Sequence record: KM606994
DNA from: Escherichia phage RB3
Length of the DNA stretch: 64,000 nucleotides
Strand: one strand, 5' to 3'
Shown piece by piece: positions 46,807 to 56,560 of this stretch. A program made the translations under genes and the position numbers. Each line of letters opens with the position of its first letter. Positions within the stretch are counted from its first letter, which is position 1. The notes beneath the pieces are model-generated. The model had not been told where the DNA came from. It did not search any database and was given only the letters and a program-made list of their open reading frames with translations.

Positions 46807-47204
46807 TATACTCTATTACTAGAAGCCAATTGCAGTTTTATCTGCTCAATATCATCGGGGTTATCGATGACCGAAAAGCGTATTTCTACTATCAGAGTAT
46901 AATCATCATAAACGGGTATCACATTAACTGATAATTTATCAATACGCGGCTCATAGTTTCTTACTGCGCTTTCGATATTGCGCTCAACTGTATCAGCAGT
47001 AAGAGGAGTCATATTTTCAAAAAGCTGGTCTGATAAATCACATCCAAATTCAGGGTCAAACGGTCTTGAACCTTTTCTTGTTGTAATAATTCCCAAAAGA
47101 CTGTTTTTAATTGACCTTAATCCAAGTGATCTGGAAACATCTTTGTTCCAATCCATTTTCATTTCCGGGTCAATATCAGAATAAAGCTTATTAATATTTG
47201 CCAT
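46806..47204 (-). CDS. 25: gp25 baseplate wedge subunit
   Basis: 132 aa, T4 length; overlaps gene 26 stop. Confidence 0.9.
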   Translation of the reverse strand: MANINKLYSDIDPEMKMDWNKDVSRSLGLRSIKNSLLGIITTRKGSRPFDPEFGCDLSDQLFENMTPLTADTVERNIESAVRNYEPRIDKLSVNVIPVYDDYTLIVEIRFSVIDNPDDIEQIKLQLASSNRV

Positions 47205-47830
47205 TATAGTAACTCAAAGAACTCTTTGAGGCCTCTTATTACGTGAGCATGGGTTTTTCCACACTCTGGACACTTAATTGGAACAGCCAAATAAACGGTA
47301 GGCTTTAAAAGCATATCTTTTATAGCTACAATATCTGACTCTGTGATGATAGAATATAAATCTTCTAGTTCCTTTTCATTTAAGTCTTCAACTGGAATGC
47401 TTTCCCCGTTAGCATGAATCGTTTCTATACATGATACTATCATGTGGGCTATATTTTTATCATCAAAAATTTTAGGGTATCGGAATTTAATTTTAATGTC
47501 ACCCAGTGTATACCAGAGGTCTTCTGGCGCATCTATTTGTGTGTGTAATAGATTTATATGGGTTGGTATTTCAGTTCCACAGGTGCACTTCCAGGAGTTT
47601 TCGTGATTAACTTCGCCGAGAGAATGTGCCCATAAATGAATCAACAATAGTTCTGATTCTTGGCGGTTTAAATCTTTTGCATTTGTGCAGTCTTTGATTA
47701 GCTTTTTAACAATTACTTCTACAGAACCATTATTTTTGGCAGTAATAAGTTCTAGATATTCTTTAAGCGTGAATGCGCGACAATTGATTATTTTAGAACC
47801 AACTCTCACATCAAATTTGTATTCATACAT
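47204..47830 (-). CDS. 26: gp26 baseplate hub subunit
   Basis: 208 aa, T4 length; divergent from gene 51. Confidence 0.9.
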   Translation of the reverse strand: MYEYKFDVRVGSKIINCRAFTLKEYLELITAKNNGSVEVIVKKLIKDCTNAKDLNRQESELLLIHLWAHSLGEVNHENSWKCTCGTEIPTHINLLHTQIDAPEDLWYTLGDIKIKFRYPKIFDDKNIAHMIVSCIETIHANGESIPVEDLNEKELEDLYSIITESDIVAIKDMLLKPTVYLAVPIKCPECGKTHAHVIRGLKEFFELL

Positions 47831-47851
47831 ATTTAGCTCCTTTATTTATCA

Positions 47852-47859
47852 TATTTATA
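47852..47859 (-). promoter_or_regulatory. late promoter TATAAATA for gene 26
   Basis: Exact consensus on minus strand in the 26-51 intergenic region. Confidence 0.55.
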
Positions 47860-47863
47860 AATA
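47856..47863 (+). promoter_or_regulatory. late promoter TATAAATA for gene 51
   Basis: Exact consensus on plus strand, overlapping the minus-strand copy. Confidence 0.55.
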
Positions 47864-47880
47864 GAATAAAAGGAGCATCT

Positions 47881-48630
47881 ATGGCAAACATTATTCGTTG
47901 TAAATTACCAGATGGTGTTCATCGTTTTAAACCATTTACGGTAGAAGATTATCGAGATTTTTTGTTAGTTCGAAACGATATAGAACATCGGTCACCACAA
48001 GAACAAAAAGAAATAATTACTGATTTAATTGATGATTATTTTGGAGACTATCCGAAGACTTGGCAACCATTTATATTTTTGCAGGTATTTGTAGGGTCAA
48101 TAGGTAAAACTAAAGTACCAGTCACATTCGTATGTCCAAAATGTAAAAAAGAAAAGACAGTTCCATTTGAAATATATCAAAAAGAATTAAAGGAACCTGT
48201 TTTTGATGTAGCTAATGTTAAAATTAAATTAAAGTTTCCTTCTGAGTTTTATGAAAATAAAGCAAAGATGATTACTGAAAATATTCATTCTGTTCAAGTA
48301 GATGAAATATGGTATGATTGGAAGGAAATTAGCGAGTCCAGTCAAATAGAACTAGTTGACGCCATCGAGATAGAAACATTAGAAAAAATTCTCGATGCAA
48401 TGAATCCTATTAATTTAACTCTACATATGTCATGCTGTAATAAGTACATTAAAAAATACACTGATATAGTAGACGTGTTTAAGCTATTAGTTAACCCAGA
48501 TGAGATATTTACTTTTTATCAAATTAATCACACACTCGTAAAAAGTAATTATAGCTTAAATTCAATAATGAAAATGATTCCTGCTGAGCGCGGATTCGTA
48601 TTAAAACTGATTGAGAAGGATAAACAATAA
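47881..48630 (+). CDS. 51: gp51 baseplate hub assembly catalyst
   Basis: 249 aa, T4 length; AGGAG Shine-Dalgarno. Confidence 0.9.
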   Translation: MANIIRCKLPDGVHRFKPFTVEDYRDFLLVRNDIEHRSPQEQKEIITDLIDDYFGDYPKTWQPFIFLQVFVGSIGKTKVPVTFVCPKCKKEKTVPFEIYQKELKEPVFDVANVKIKLKFPSEFYENKAKMITENIHSVQVDEIWYDWKEISESSQIELVDAIEIETLEKILDAMNPINLTLHMSCCNKYIKKYTDIVDVFKLLVNPDEIFTFYQINHTLVKSNYSLNSIMKMIPAERGFVLKLIEKDKQ

Positions 48631-49805
48631 TGAGTATGTTGCAACGCCCCGGATATCCAAATCTCAGCGTTAAATTATTTGATAGCTACGACGCTTGGAG
48701 TAATAATAGATTTGTTGAATTAGCTGCTACTATTACCACATTAACTATGCGGGATTCTCTTTATGGACGAAATGAAGGAATGCTGCAGTTTTATGATTCT
48801 AAAAACATCCATACAAAAATGGATGGAAATGAAATAATTCAGATTTCTGTAGCTAATGCAAATGATATTAATAATGTTAAAACACGAATTTATGGATGTA
48901 AGCATTTTTCCGTGTCAGTAGATTCAAAAGGTGATAACATCATTGCTATTGAATTGGGAACTATTCATTCTATAGAAAATCTTAAATTTGGTAGACCATT
49001 TTTCCCTGATGCAGGTGAATCTATAAAAGAAATGCTTGGTGTCATTTATCAGGATCGCACATTATTAACTCCAGCAATAAATGCTATAAATGCTTATGTT
49101 CCTGATATTCCATGGACTAGCACATTTGAAAACTATTTGTCATATGTAAGAGAAGTTGCTCTAGCTGTAGGAAGCGACAAATTTGTATTTGTGTGGCAAG
49201 ACATCATGGGAGTTAACATGATGGACTATGATATGATGATAAATCAAGAACCATATCCAATGATTGTCGGTGAGCCATCTTTAATAGGTCAATTCATCCA
49301 AGAATTAAAATATCCATTAGCATATGATTTTGTTTGGTTGACTAAATCGAATCCTCACAAACGTGACCCAATGAAAAATGCTACTATCTATGCTCATTCA
49401 TTTTTAGATTCTTCATTGCCAATGATTACTACAGGAAAGGGCGAAAACTCTATTGTAGTGTCAAGGTCAGGTGCTTATTCTGAAATGACTTATAGGAATG
49501 GATATGAAGAAGCTATTCGTCTTCAAACTATGGCACAATATGACGGCTATGCTAAATGTTCTACTGTCGGTAATTTTAACTTGACTCCTGGCGTTAAAAT
49601 TATTTTTAATGATAGTAAAAACCAATTTAAAACAGAATTTTACGTTGATGAAGTTATCCATGAATTATCCAATAATAATTCAGTAACTCATCTATATATG
49701 TTCACTAATGCAACGAAACTGGAAACAATAGACCCAGTTAAGGTTAAAAATGAATTTAAATCTGATACTACCACTGAAGAAAGTAGTTCTTCCAATAAGC
49801 AATAA
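48630..49805 (+). CDS. 27: gp27 baseplate hub subunit
   Basis: 391 aa, T4 length; TAATG overlap with gene 51. Confidence 0.9.
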   Translation: MSMLQRPGYPNLSVKLFDSYDAWSNNRFVELAATITTLTMRDSLYGRNEGMLQFYDSKNIHTKMDGNEIIQISVANANDINNVKTRIYGCKHFSVSVDSKGDNIIAIELGTIHSIENLKFGRPFFPDAGESIKEMLGVIYQDRTLLTPAINAINAYVPDIPWTSTFENYLSYVREVALAVGSDKFVFVWQDIMGVNMMDYDMMINQEPYPMIVGEPSLIGQFIQELKYPLAYDFVWLTKSNPHKRDPMKNATIYAHSFLDSSLPMITTGKGENSIVVSRSGAYSEMTYRNGYEEAIRLQTMAQYDGYAKCSTVGNFNLTPGVKIIFNDSKNQFKTEFYVDEVIHELSNNNSVTHLYMFTNATKLETIDPVKVKNEFKSDTTTEESSSSNKQ

Positions 49806-50283
49806 AGAAGTTTCTATTCCTAAAATGGGTCTTAAACATTATAACATTTTAAAAGATGTTAAAGGTCCTGATGAAAATTTAAAACTTCTTATTGATTCTA
49901 TTTGTCCGAATTTATCACCGGCAGAAGTTGATTTCGTTTCTATTCATTTATTGGAATTTAATGGAAAGATTAAATCTCGTAAAGAAATAGATGGCTATAC
50001 TTATGACATTAATGATGTTTATGTGTGCCAAAGATTAGAGTTTCAATACCAAGGAAATACATTTTATTTTAGACCTCCTGGAAAATTTGAACAATTTTTA
50101 ACAGTGAGCGATATGTTATCTAAATGCTTACTTAAGGTCAATGATGAAGTTAAAGAAATTAATTTTCTTGAGATGCCAGCATTCGTTTTAAAATGGGCAA
50201 ATGATATTTTTACAACTTTAGCAATTCCTGGCCCTAATGGTCCAATAACTGGAATTGGCAATATTATTGGATTATTTGAATGA
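49750..50283 (+). CDS. 28: gp28 baseplate hub distal subunit
   Basis: 177 aa, T4 length; ATG at 49750 overlaps gene 27 3' end by 56 nt. Confidence 0.85.
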   Translation: MNLNLILPLKKVVLPISNKEVSIPKMGLKHYNILKDVKGPDENLKLLIDSICPNLSPAEVDFVSIHLLEFNGKIKSRKEIDGYTYDINDVYVCQRLEFQYQGNTFYFRPPGKFEQFLTVSDMLSKCLLKVNDEVKEINFLEMPAFVLKWANDIFTTLAIPGPNGPITGIGNIIGLFE

Positions 50284-52052
50284 AAAAGCCACAAGAAATG
50301 CAAACGATGCGTAGAAAAGTTATTTCAGATAATAAACCAACACAGGAAGCGGCTAAATCCGCTTCTAACACTTTATCTGGACTTAATGATATATCTACGA
50401 AATTGGATGATGCTCAAGCTGCTTCTGAATTAATAGCTCAAACTGTCGAAGAAAAATCGAATGAAATAGTTGGAGCAATTGGTAACGTAGAAAGCGCAGT
50501 GAGTGATACTACTGCTGGTTCTGAGTTAATTGCTGAAACTGTCGAAATTGGCAATAATATTAATAAAGAAATCGGTGAATCGCTCGGAAGCAAATTAGAT
50601 AAATTAACAAGTTTACTAGAGCAAAAAATCCAGACAGCTGGAATTCAACAGACTGGAACTAGTTTAGCCACTGTTGAAAGCGCTATTCCTGTTAAAGTCG
50701 TTGAGGATGATACTGCTGAATCTGTGGGTCCTTTATTACCAGCTCCTGAAGCAGTTAATAATGATCCTGACGCTGATTTTTTCCCTACCCCTCAGCCAGT
50801 TGAACCCAAACAAGAATCACCAGAAGAAAAACAGAAAAAAGAAGCATTTAACTTAAAATTATCTCAAGCTTTAGATAAATTAACAAAGACTGTTGATTTT
50901 GGATTTAAGAAATCCATTTCAATTAGTGATAAAATATCAAGCATGTTATTTAAGTACACCATCAGTGCTGCTATTGAAGCCGCTAAAATGACTGCAATGA
51001 TATTGGCTGTTGTTGTTGGAATAGACCTGTTGATGGTTCATTTTAAATACTGGTCAGATAAATTTTCAAAAGCCTGGGATTTATTTAATACTGACTTTAC
51101 TAAATTCTCTAGCGAAACCGGAACATGGGGTCCTTTATTACAGAGCATCTTTGATTCTATTGATAAAATTAAACAACTTTGGGAAGCGGGAGATTGGGGT
51201 GGATTGACAGCAGCTATTGTTGAAGGACTCGGAAGTGTTCTTTTTAATTTAGGTGAACTTATTCAATTAGGTATGGCTAAATTATCTGCAGCAATTCTTC
51301 GAGTCATTCCTGGTATGAAGGATACTGCTGATGAAGTAGAAGGAAGAGCATTAGAAAATTTCCAAAATTCTACTGGAGCATCTCTCAATAAAGAAGACCA
51401 AGAAAAAGTTGCAAATTATCAAGATAAACGAATGAACGGAGACCTTGGTCCGATAGCAAAAGGATTAGATAAAATTGCTAATTGGAAAACTCGTGCATCT
51501 AATTGGATTCGCGGGGTTGATAATAAAGAAGCACTAACTACCGACGAAGAACGTGCAGCAGAAGAAGAAAAATTAAAGCAACTTTCACCGGAAGAAAGAA
51601 AAAATGCTTTAATGAAGGCTAATGAAGCTCGTGCTGCGATGATTCGTTTTGAAAAATATGCCGATTCAGCTGATATGAGTAAAGACTCAACAGTTAAATC
51701 AGTTGAATCTGCCTATGAAGACCTTAAAAAACGGATGGATGACCCGGATTTAAATAATTCACCGGCAGTTAAAAAAGAACTTGCTGCTAGATTTTCTAAA
51801 ATTGATGCTACTTATCAAGAGCTCAAGAAAAATCAGCCTAATGCCAAACCTGAAACTTCTGCTAAATCGCCAGAAGCGAAACAAGTCCAGGTTATTGAAA
51901 AGAACAAAGCACAGCAAGCTCCTGTTCAACAAGCATCTCCTTCAATCAATAATACTAATAATGTTATTAAGAAAAATACTGTCGTTCATAATATGACACC
52001 TGTTACGAGTACAACTGCTCCTGGTGTATTTGGCGCGACTGGAGTTAATTAA
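50280..52052 (+). CDS. 29: gp29 baseplate hub subunit and tail length determinator
   Basis: 590 aa, T4 length; Ala/Glu/Lys-rich extended regions. Confidence 0.9.
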   Translation: MKKPQEMQTMRRKVISDNKPTQEAAKSASNTLSGLNDISTKLDDAQAASELIAQTVEEKSNEIVGAIGNVESAVSDTTAGSELIAETVEIGNNINKEIGESLGSKLDKLTSLLEQKIQTAGIQQTGTSLATVESAIPVKVVEDDTAESVGPLLPAPEAVNNDPDADFFPTPQPVEPKQESPEEKQKKEAFNLKLSQALDKLTKTVDFGFKKSISISDKISSMLFKYTISAAIEAAKMTAMILAVVVGIDLLMVHFKYWSDKFSKAWDLFNTDFTKFSSETGTWGPLLQSIFDSIDKIKQLWEAGDWGGLTAAIVEGLGSVLFNLGELIQLGMAKLSAAILRVIPGMKDTADEVEGRALENFQNSTGASLNKEDQEKVANYQDKRMNGDLGPIAKGLDKIANWKTRASNWIRGVDNKEALTTDEERAAEEEKLKQLSPEERKNALMKANEARAAMIRFEKYADSADMSKDSTVKSVESAYEDLKKRMDDPDLNNSPAVKKELAARFSKIDATYQELKKNQPNAKPETSAKSPEAKQVQVIEKNKAQQAPVQQASPSINNTNNVIKKNTVVHNMTPVTSTTAPGVFGATGVN

Positions 52053-52060
52053 GGAATAAT

Positions 52061-53155
52061 ATGGCAATTGTTAAAGAAATAACTGCTGATTTAATTAAAA
52101 AGTCCGGTGAGAAAATTTCAGCCGGACAGAGCACTAAATCAGAAGTAGTAACTAAAACATACACTGCCCAGTTTCCAACTGGGCGTGCTAGTGGTAATGA
52201 CACTACAGGGGACTTCCAGGTAACAGATCTATATAAGAATGGATTATTATTTACTGCATACAATATGTCATCTAGGGATTCTGGAAGTCTTAGATCGATG
52301 AGATCTAACTACTCTTCTTCATCTTCGAGTATTTTAAGTACAGCCAGAAACACTATTAGTAGTACAGTATCAAAACTATCAAATGGATTAATATCAAATA
52401 ATAATTCAGGAACAATAAGTAAAGCTCCTGTCGCAAACATTCTTTTACCGAGATCTAAATCTGATGTTGATACATCATCACATAGATTTAATGATGTTCA
52501 AGAAAGCCTTATCAGTAGAGGCGGAGGTACTGCTACTGGTGTGCTAAGTAATATTGCTTCAACCGCAGTATTTGGGGCACTGGAAAGTATAACACAAGGT
52601 ATAATGGCTGATAATAATGAGCAGATTTATACGACAGCCAGAAGTATGTACGGTGGCGCTGAAAATAGAACTAAAGTGTTTACATGGGATTTGACTCCAC
52701 GTTCCACAGAAGATTTAATGGCTATTATTAATATCTATCAATATTTTAACTATTTTTCTTATGGTGAAACGGGTAAATCTCAATATGCTGCTGAAATAAA
52801 GGGATATTTAGATGATTGGTATCGTTCTACGTTAATTGAACCTTTATCTCCGGAAGACGCAGCTAAAAATAAAACACTATTTGAGAAAATGACATCGAGT
52901 TTAACTAACGTTCTAGTAGTTTCAAACCCGACAATTTGGATGGTGAAAAACTTTGGTGCAACATCTAAGTTTGATGGAAAAACTGAAATATTTGGTCCAT
53001 GCCAAATTCAAAATATCAGATTTGATAAAACACCTAATGGTAACTTTAACGGATTAGCTATTGCTCCAAACCTCCCTAGTACATTTACTCTCGAGATTAC
53101 TATGAGAGAAATTATCACGTTAAACCGTGCTTCTTTATATGCGGGGACTTTTTAA
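52061..53155 (+). CDS. 48: gp48 baseplate tail tube cap
   Basis: 364 aa, T4 length and order. Confidence 0.9.
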   Translation: MAIVKEITADLIKKSGEKISAGQSTKSEVVTKTYTAQFPTGRASGNDTTGDFQVTDLYKNGLLFTAYNMSSRDSGSLRSMRSNYSSSSSSILSTARNTISSTVSKLSNGLISNNNSGTISKAPVANILLPRSKSDVDTSSHRFNDVQESLISRGGGTATGVLSNIASTAVFGALESITQGIMADNNEQIYTTARSMYGGAENRTKVFTWDLTPRSTEDLMAIINIYQYFNYFSYGETGKSQYAAEIKGYLDDWYRSTLIEPLSPEDAAKNKTLFEKMTSSLTNVLVVSNPTIWMVKNFGATSKFDGKTEIFGPCQIQNIRFDKTPNGNFNGLAIAPNLPSTFTLEITMREIITLNRASLYAGTF

Positions 53156-54120
53156 TGTATTCTTTAGAGGAATTTAATAATCAAGCAATAAACGCAGATT
53201 TCCAACGTAATAATATGTTTAGCTGCGTTTTTGCAACAACTCCATCAACTAAAAGCTCTTCGTTGATAAGTTCAATTAGCAACTTTTCTTATAATAACTT
53301 GGGCCTAAATTCAGATTGGCTAGGATTAACTCAAGGTGATATTAATCAGGGAATTACCACGCTAATTACAGCTGGCACACAAAAACTGATAAGAAAATCA
53401 GGGGTTAGTAAATATCTTATTGGTGCCATGAGTCAACGTACAGTTCAAAGTTTATTAGGCTCATTCACAGTTGGTACATATTTAATTGACTTCTTTAACA
53501 TGGCATATAACTCATCTGGATTGATGATATATTCTGTAAAAATGCCAGAGAACAGATTATCCTATGAAACTGACTGGAACTATAATTCTCCTAATATTCG
53601 TATAACCGGAAGAGAATTAGACCCTTTGGTTATTTCATTTAGAATGGATTCAGAAGCTTGTAACTATCGTGCAATGCAAGACTGGGTTAACGCTGTTCAA
53701 GACCCAGTAACTGGATTACGTGCTTTGCCACAAGATGTCGAGGCAGATATTCAGGTTAATCTTCATGCTCGTAATGGATTACCTCATACTGCGGTGATGT
53801 TCACCGGATGCATTCCAATATCAGTGAGCGCTCCTGAGTTATCATATGATGGAGATAACCAAATAACTACATTTGACGTTACTTTTGCGTATAGAGTGAT
53901 GCAGGCTGGAGCAGTTGATAGGCAAGCTGCGCTTGAATGGCTTGAATCTGCTGCTATAAATGGTATTCAAAGCGTTCTCGGAAATAGTGGAGGTGTTACT
54001 GGACTATCTAATTCGCTTTCACGACTCAGTAGATTAGGAGGAACTGCGGGGAGCATTTCAAACATTAATACTATGACAGGAATTGTCAATTCGCAAAGTA
54101 AAATATTAGGAGCAATATAA
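53155..54120 (+). CDS. 54: gp54 baseplate tail tube initiator
   Basis: 321 aa; TAATG overlap with gene 48. Confidence 0.9.
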   Translation: MYSLEEFNNQAINADFQRNNMFSCVFATTPSTKSSSLISSISNFSYNNLGLNSDWLGLTQGDINQGITTLITAGTQKLIRKSGVSKYLIGAMSQRTVQSLLGSFTVGTYLIDFFNMAYNSSGLMIYSVKMPENRLSYETDWNYNSPNIRITGRELDPLVISFRMDSEACNYRAMQDWVNAVQDPVTGLRALPQDVEADIQVNLHARNGLPHTAVMFTGCIPISVSAPELSYDGDNQITTFDVTFAYRVMQAGAVDRQAALEWLESAAINGIQSVLGNSGGVTGLSNSLSRLSRLGGTAGSISNINTMTGIVNSQSKILGAI

Positions 54121-54124
54121 CAAT

Positions 54125-54150
54125 GGGGACCGAAAGGTCCCCATATTTTT
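54125..54150. terminator. bidirectional terminator after gene 54
   Basis: Hairpin GGGGACC-GAAA-GGTCCCC followed by ATATTTTTATTT, between convergent transcription units. Confidence 0.6.
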
Positions 54151-54439
54151 ATTTACGGAATGAAATGAAAGCAGAAACTGAAGCAACTAAACTGTCTTCA
54201 ATATAAACTTCAATTTTTACCGGAGCTTCTGACTCAAATTTACCTGTTACTACACTCTGAAAAATACTTTCAGACTGTTCTGGCTTTGAAAAATTTTCAG
54301 AAGGAAAAATTCCAAACTTTTTATCTGTTCCAAAAATTTTAATAAATTCATCGTAAACTGCTTCATTAAAAGCATTATCAGCAGGAATAACGCCTTCAAC
54401 TACAAGTTCTTGACCTAAAAAGCGCAAAGAAGATTTCAT
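54149..54439 (-). CDS. hypothetical protein downstream of alt genes
   Basis: 96-aa ORF with its own GTTTAC early promoter. Confidence 0.5.
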   Translation of the reverse strand: MKSSLRFLGQELVVEGVIPADNAFNEAVYDEFIKIFGTDKKFGIFPSENFSKPEQSESIFQSVVTGKFESEAPVKIEVYIEDSLVASVSAFISFRK

Positions 54440-54470
54440 TTTGTGTTCCTCATGTTATGTCAGTAAGTCT

Positions 54471-54500
54471 ACTATAACACAACACGAGGGACTTGTAAAC
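54471..54500 (-). promoter_or_regulatory. T4-type early promoter (GTTTAC -18 nt- TATAGT)
   Basis: Minus-strand GTTTAC 54500-54495 and TATAGT 54476-54471. Confidence 0.45.
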
Positions 54501-56557
54501 TACATTTTGAACTTTTTAGACATTCCGTTGATGTTAACCAAAGAAGCTAATATTTGAGAAACTTCGTTTTCCTCTTCTTTTGATTCTTCTACAAGGAATT
54601 GATTAAATCCAGCCATTGGACGAACTTCACCAGTTTCCATTAAATGGTCTCCATCATATACTGATTCTTCTAATTGTTCAGAAGGAGGAACGATTGTACC
54701 TTCGATTAGATACTTGTTATAAGCAGTTTCTTTCATAAAGTACGTACTTACTTTATTAATCTTCAGTAAAATTCCGCGCGGTAGAATAACTTCAGCTTCT
54801 GATGGAAATCCTGATAAATGACCTGGAACGATAACTTTGATTCGCTCAGCTCCTTTAATTACCATACCCACGCTAGTTTCAGCATCTTCATTAGCATATG
54901 TAGAATGACTACCCATATGCATCAAATCTTCTGCATCAACGGAACCTTCTCCTTCACCAGAAAATACTGCGCCGGAATCATCTAGAGCCATATAGTTTTT
55001 ACCATGCTCACCGAAGATATTTGGTTTAAGCGATGTGGATACGAAGTTCTTGAAATAGAACATTTTGTTTTCAATGTTATGACGCAAAGTTTTAAAGGTA
55101 ACTTCTTGTCCACGATAAAGCGTAGTTCCTGGAGGAAGAACTGAACCTTTAGCGAATGCAGAATCAAGCGTCTCAATATGTTTAATAGCTCGTTCCATAT
55201 ATTCTTCACGGGTAGAATCTGGTTTACCCAAAAGGAACGAGTTCATTTCAACATATGAATCTGCACAATAATCTTCAATTACATCAGATTCAGCTTGAGT
55301 TAATCCTTTTGGAGTTACTTCGGTGCTTGCGTATTCATATGCCTGGGCAGCAGATTCATTAATCAATTTATAAATGCCATTCATGACAAATTGAATAATA
55401 GCTGTCTTTTCATCTGGCGTAGCTTTAGAACCTTTAACTAAATCATTAATAATTTTCTTAATAACATCAAAGCTATTAGAAATATTAATGTCAGCAAGAT
55501 CGCTTAAAATTTTATCAGTTTTATAATCAAAGAATTCTTTATTCTTTAAATATTCTTGAGAACCTTGATACGATATATCGCTCTGCAACTTGATAGATGG
55601 ATCACGTAAACGTGCATGGGCTAATGCAATATGATTTCGGAAACTTTCTAGTTCATAATCGTTAGATTTAAAACGAGAAGCACTTCTCATACCACCGATA
55701 GCTCCTTTGCCGAAGTTTGAACCAATCTGAATAACGCCAGAGTTCATTGGTCCTTCTGCTTTATATACCGGAACTTTAGATTCAAACTCTTGATATTTCT
55801 TGGCAGCGAAGCTATCACCCTGAAGTGAAGCATCGACAGTAGAATATTGAGCTTGTGCTGCTAATCGACGACTAATTTTAGTTTTTTGAATAACAGCTTG
55901 ATCCGTGCGCTTATCATTTTCTAAAGCAATAGAAGCAGCAACAGCGACAGCTTTAGGAACAGCATTACCTGTTTTAACATCTACATAAACATCACCGACC
56001 TTTGATTCAACTTTTGTGAATAACTCAGTTGAAATAGGAGGTACACCTGGAATGTCTTCTAAATTGGCATTTTTACGGTAAACCATAATATATGCATACT
56101 TTTTATCATAGTCCCAGATTTCCTTTAAAAGAACATATCGACCTGCTCCTTTAGTACGTACTAAACGGTCAGCAATAACTTGCATTTGACGAGCAGCGCC
56201 ATTTGTTTTACTTTTTAGTACGCGGAATAGGCATGCGTCAATTTTATACTGTTTCATTGTTTGAAGAGCAGTATCAAAAACAGCATTAATGACGCCAATT
56301 GGATTTCCACCCAAGTTTCTAAGCTTAACCAGCGATAATTTCTCGTTGACACCTATCATTACGATATGCATCATTTTATCGCCTGGCTTAACGTTTTTAT
56401 TCGTATCACCACCAGAGGTGTATGTACAAAATCTAAATCCAGGAAGCACGCTTTCTTCGCCGGCTTGAATAGCAAAAATTTGTGGTATTTTATGCTTAGG
56501 ATTTAAGTTAACAACCGGCGCCGAAGCGCCGTCAAATAATTCTGTAATAAGTTCCAT
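54500..56557 (-). CDS. Alt-family mono-ADP-ribosyltransferase, second tandem copy
   Basis: 685 aa; first about 230 aa nearly collinear with the upstream Alt (MELITELFD...); ART-type motifs retained (YRGQ, VSTSL, EAEVILPRG); middle and C-terminal regions divergent. Confidence 0.8.
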   Translation of the reverse strand: MELITELFDGASAPVVNLNPKHKIPQIFAIQAGEESVLPGFRFCTYTSGGDTNKNVKPGDKMMHIVMIGVNEKLSLVKLRNLGGNPIGVINAVFDTALQTMKQYKIDACLFRVLKSKTNGAARQMQVIADRLVRTKGAGRYVLLKEIWDYDKKYAYIMVYRKNANLEDIPGVPPISTELFTKVESKVGDVYVDVKTGNAVPKAVAVAASIALENDKRTDQAVIQKTKISRRLAAQAQYSTVDASLQGDSFAAKKYQEFESKVPVYKAEGPMNSGVIQIGSNFGKGAIGGMRSASRFKSNDYELESFRNHIALAHARLRDPSIKLQSDISYQGSQEYLKNKEFFDYKTDKILSDLADINISNSFDVIKKIINDLVKGSKATPDEKTAIIQFVMNGIYKLINESAAQAYEYASTEVTPKGLTQAESDVIEDYCADSYVEMNSFLLGKPDSTREEYMERAIKHIETLDSAFAKGSVLPPGTTLYRGQEVTFKTLRHNIENKMFYFKNFVSTSLKPNIFGEHGKNYMALDDSGAVFSGEGEGSVDAEDLMHMGSHSTYANEDAETSVGMVIKGAERIKVIVPGHLSGFPSEAEVILPRGILLKINKVSTYFMKETAYNKYLIEGTIVPPSEQLEESVYDGDHLMETGEVRPMAGFNQFLVEESKEEENEVSQILASLVNINGMSKKFKM

Positions 56558-56560
56558 GAT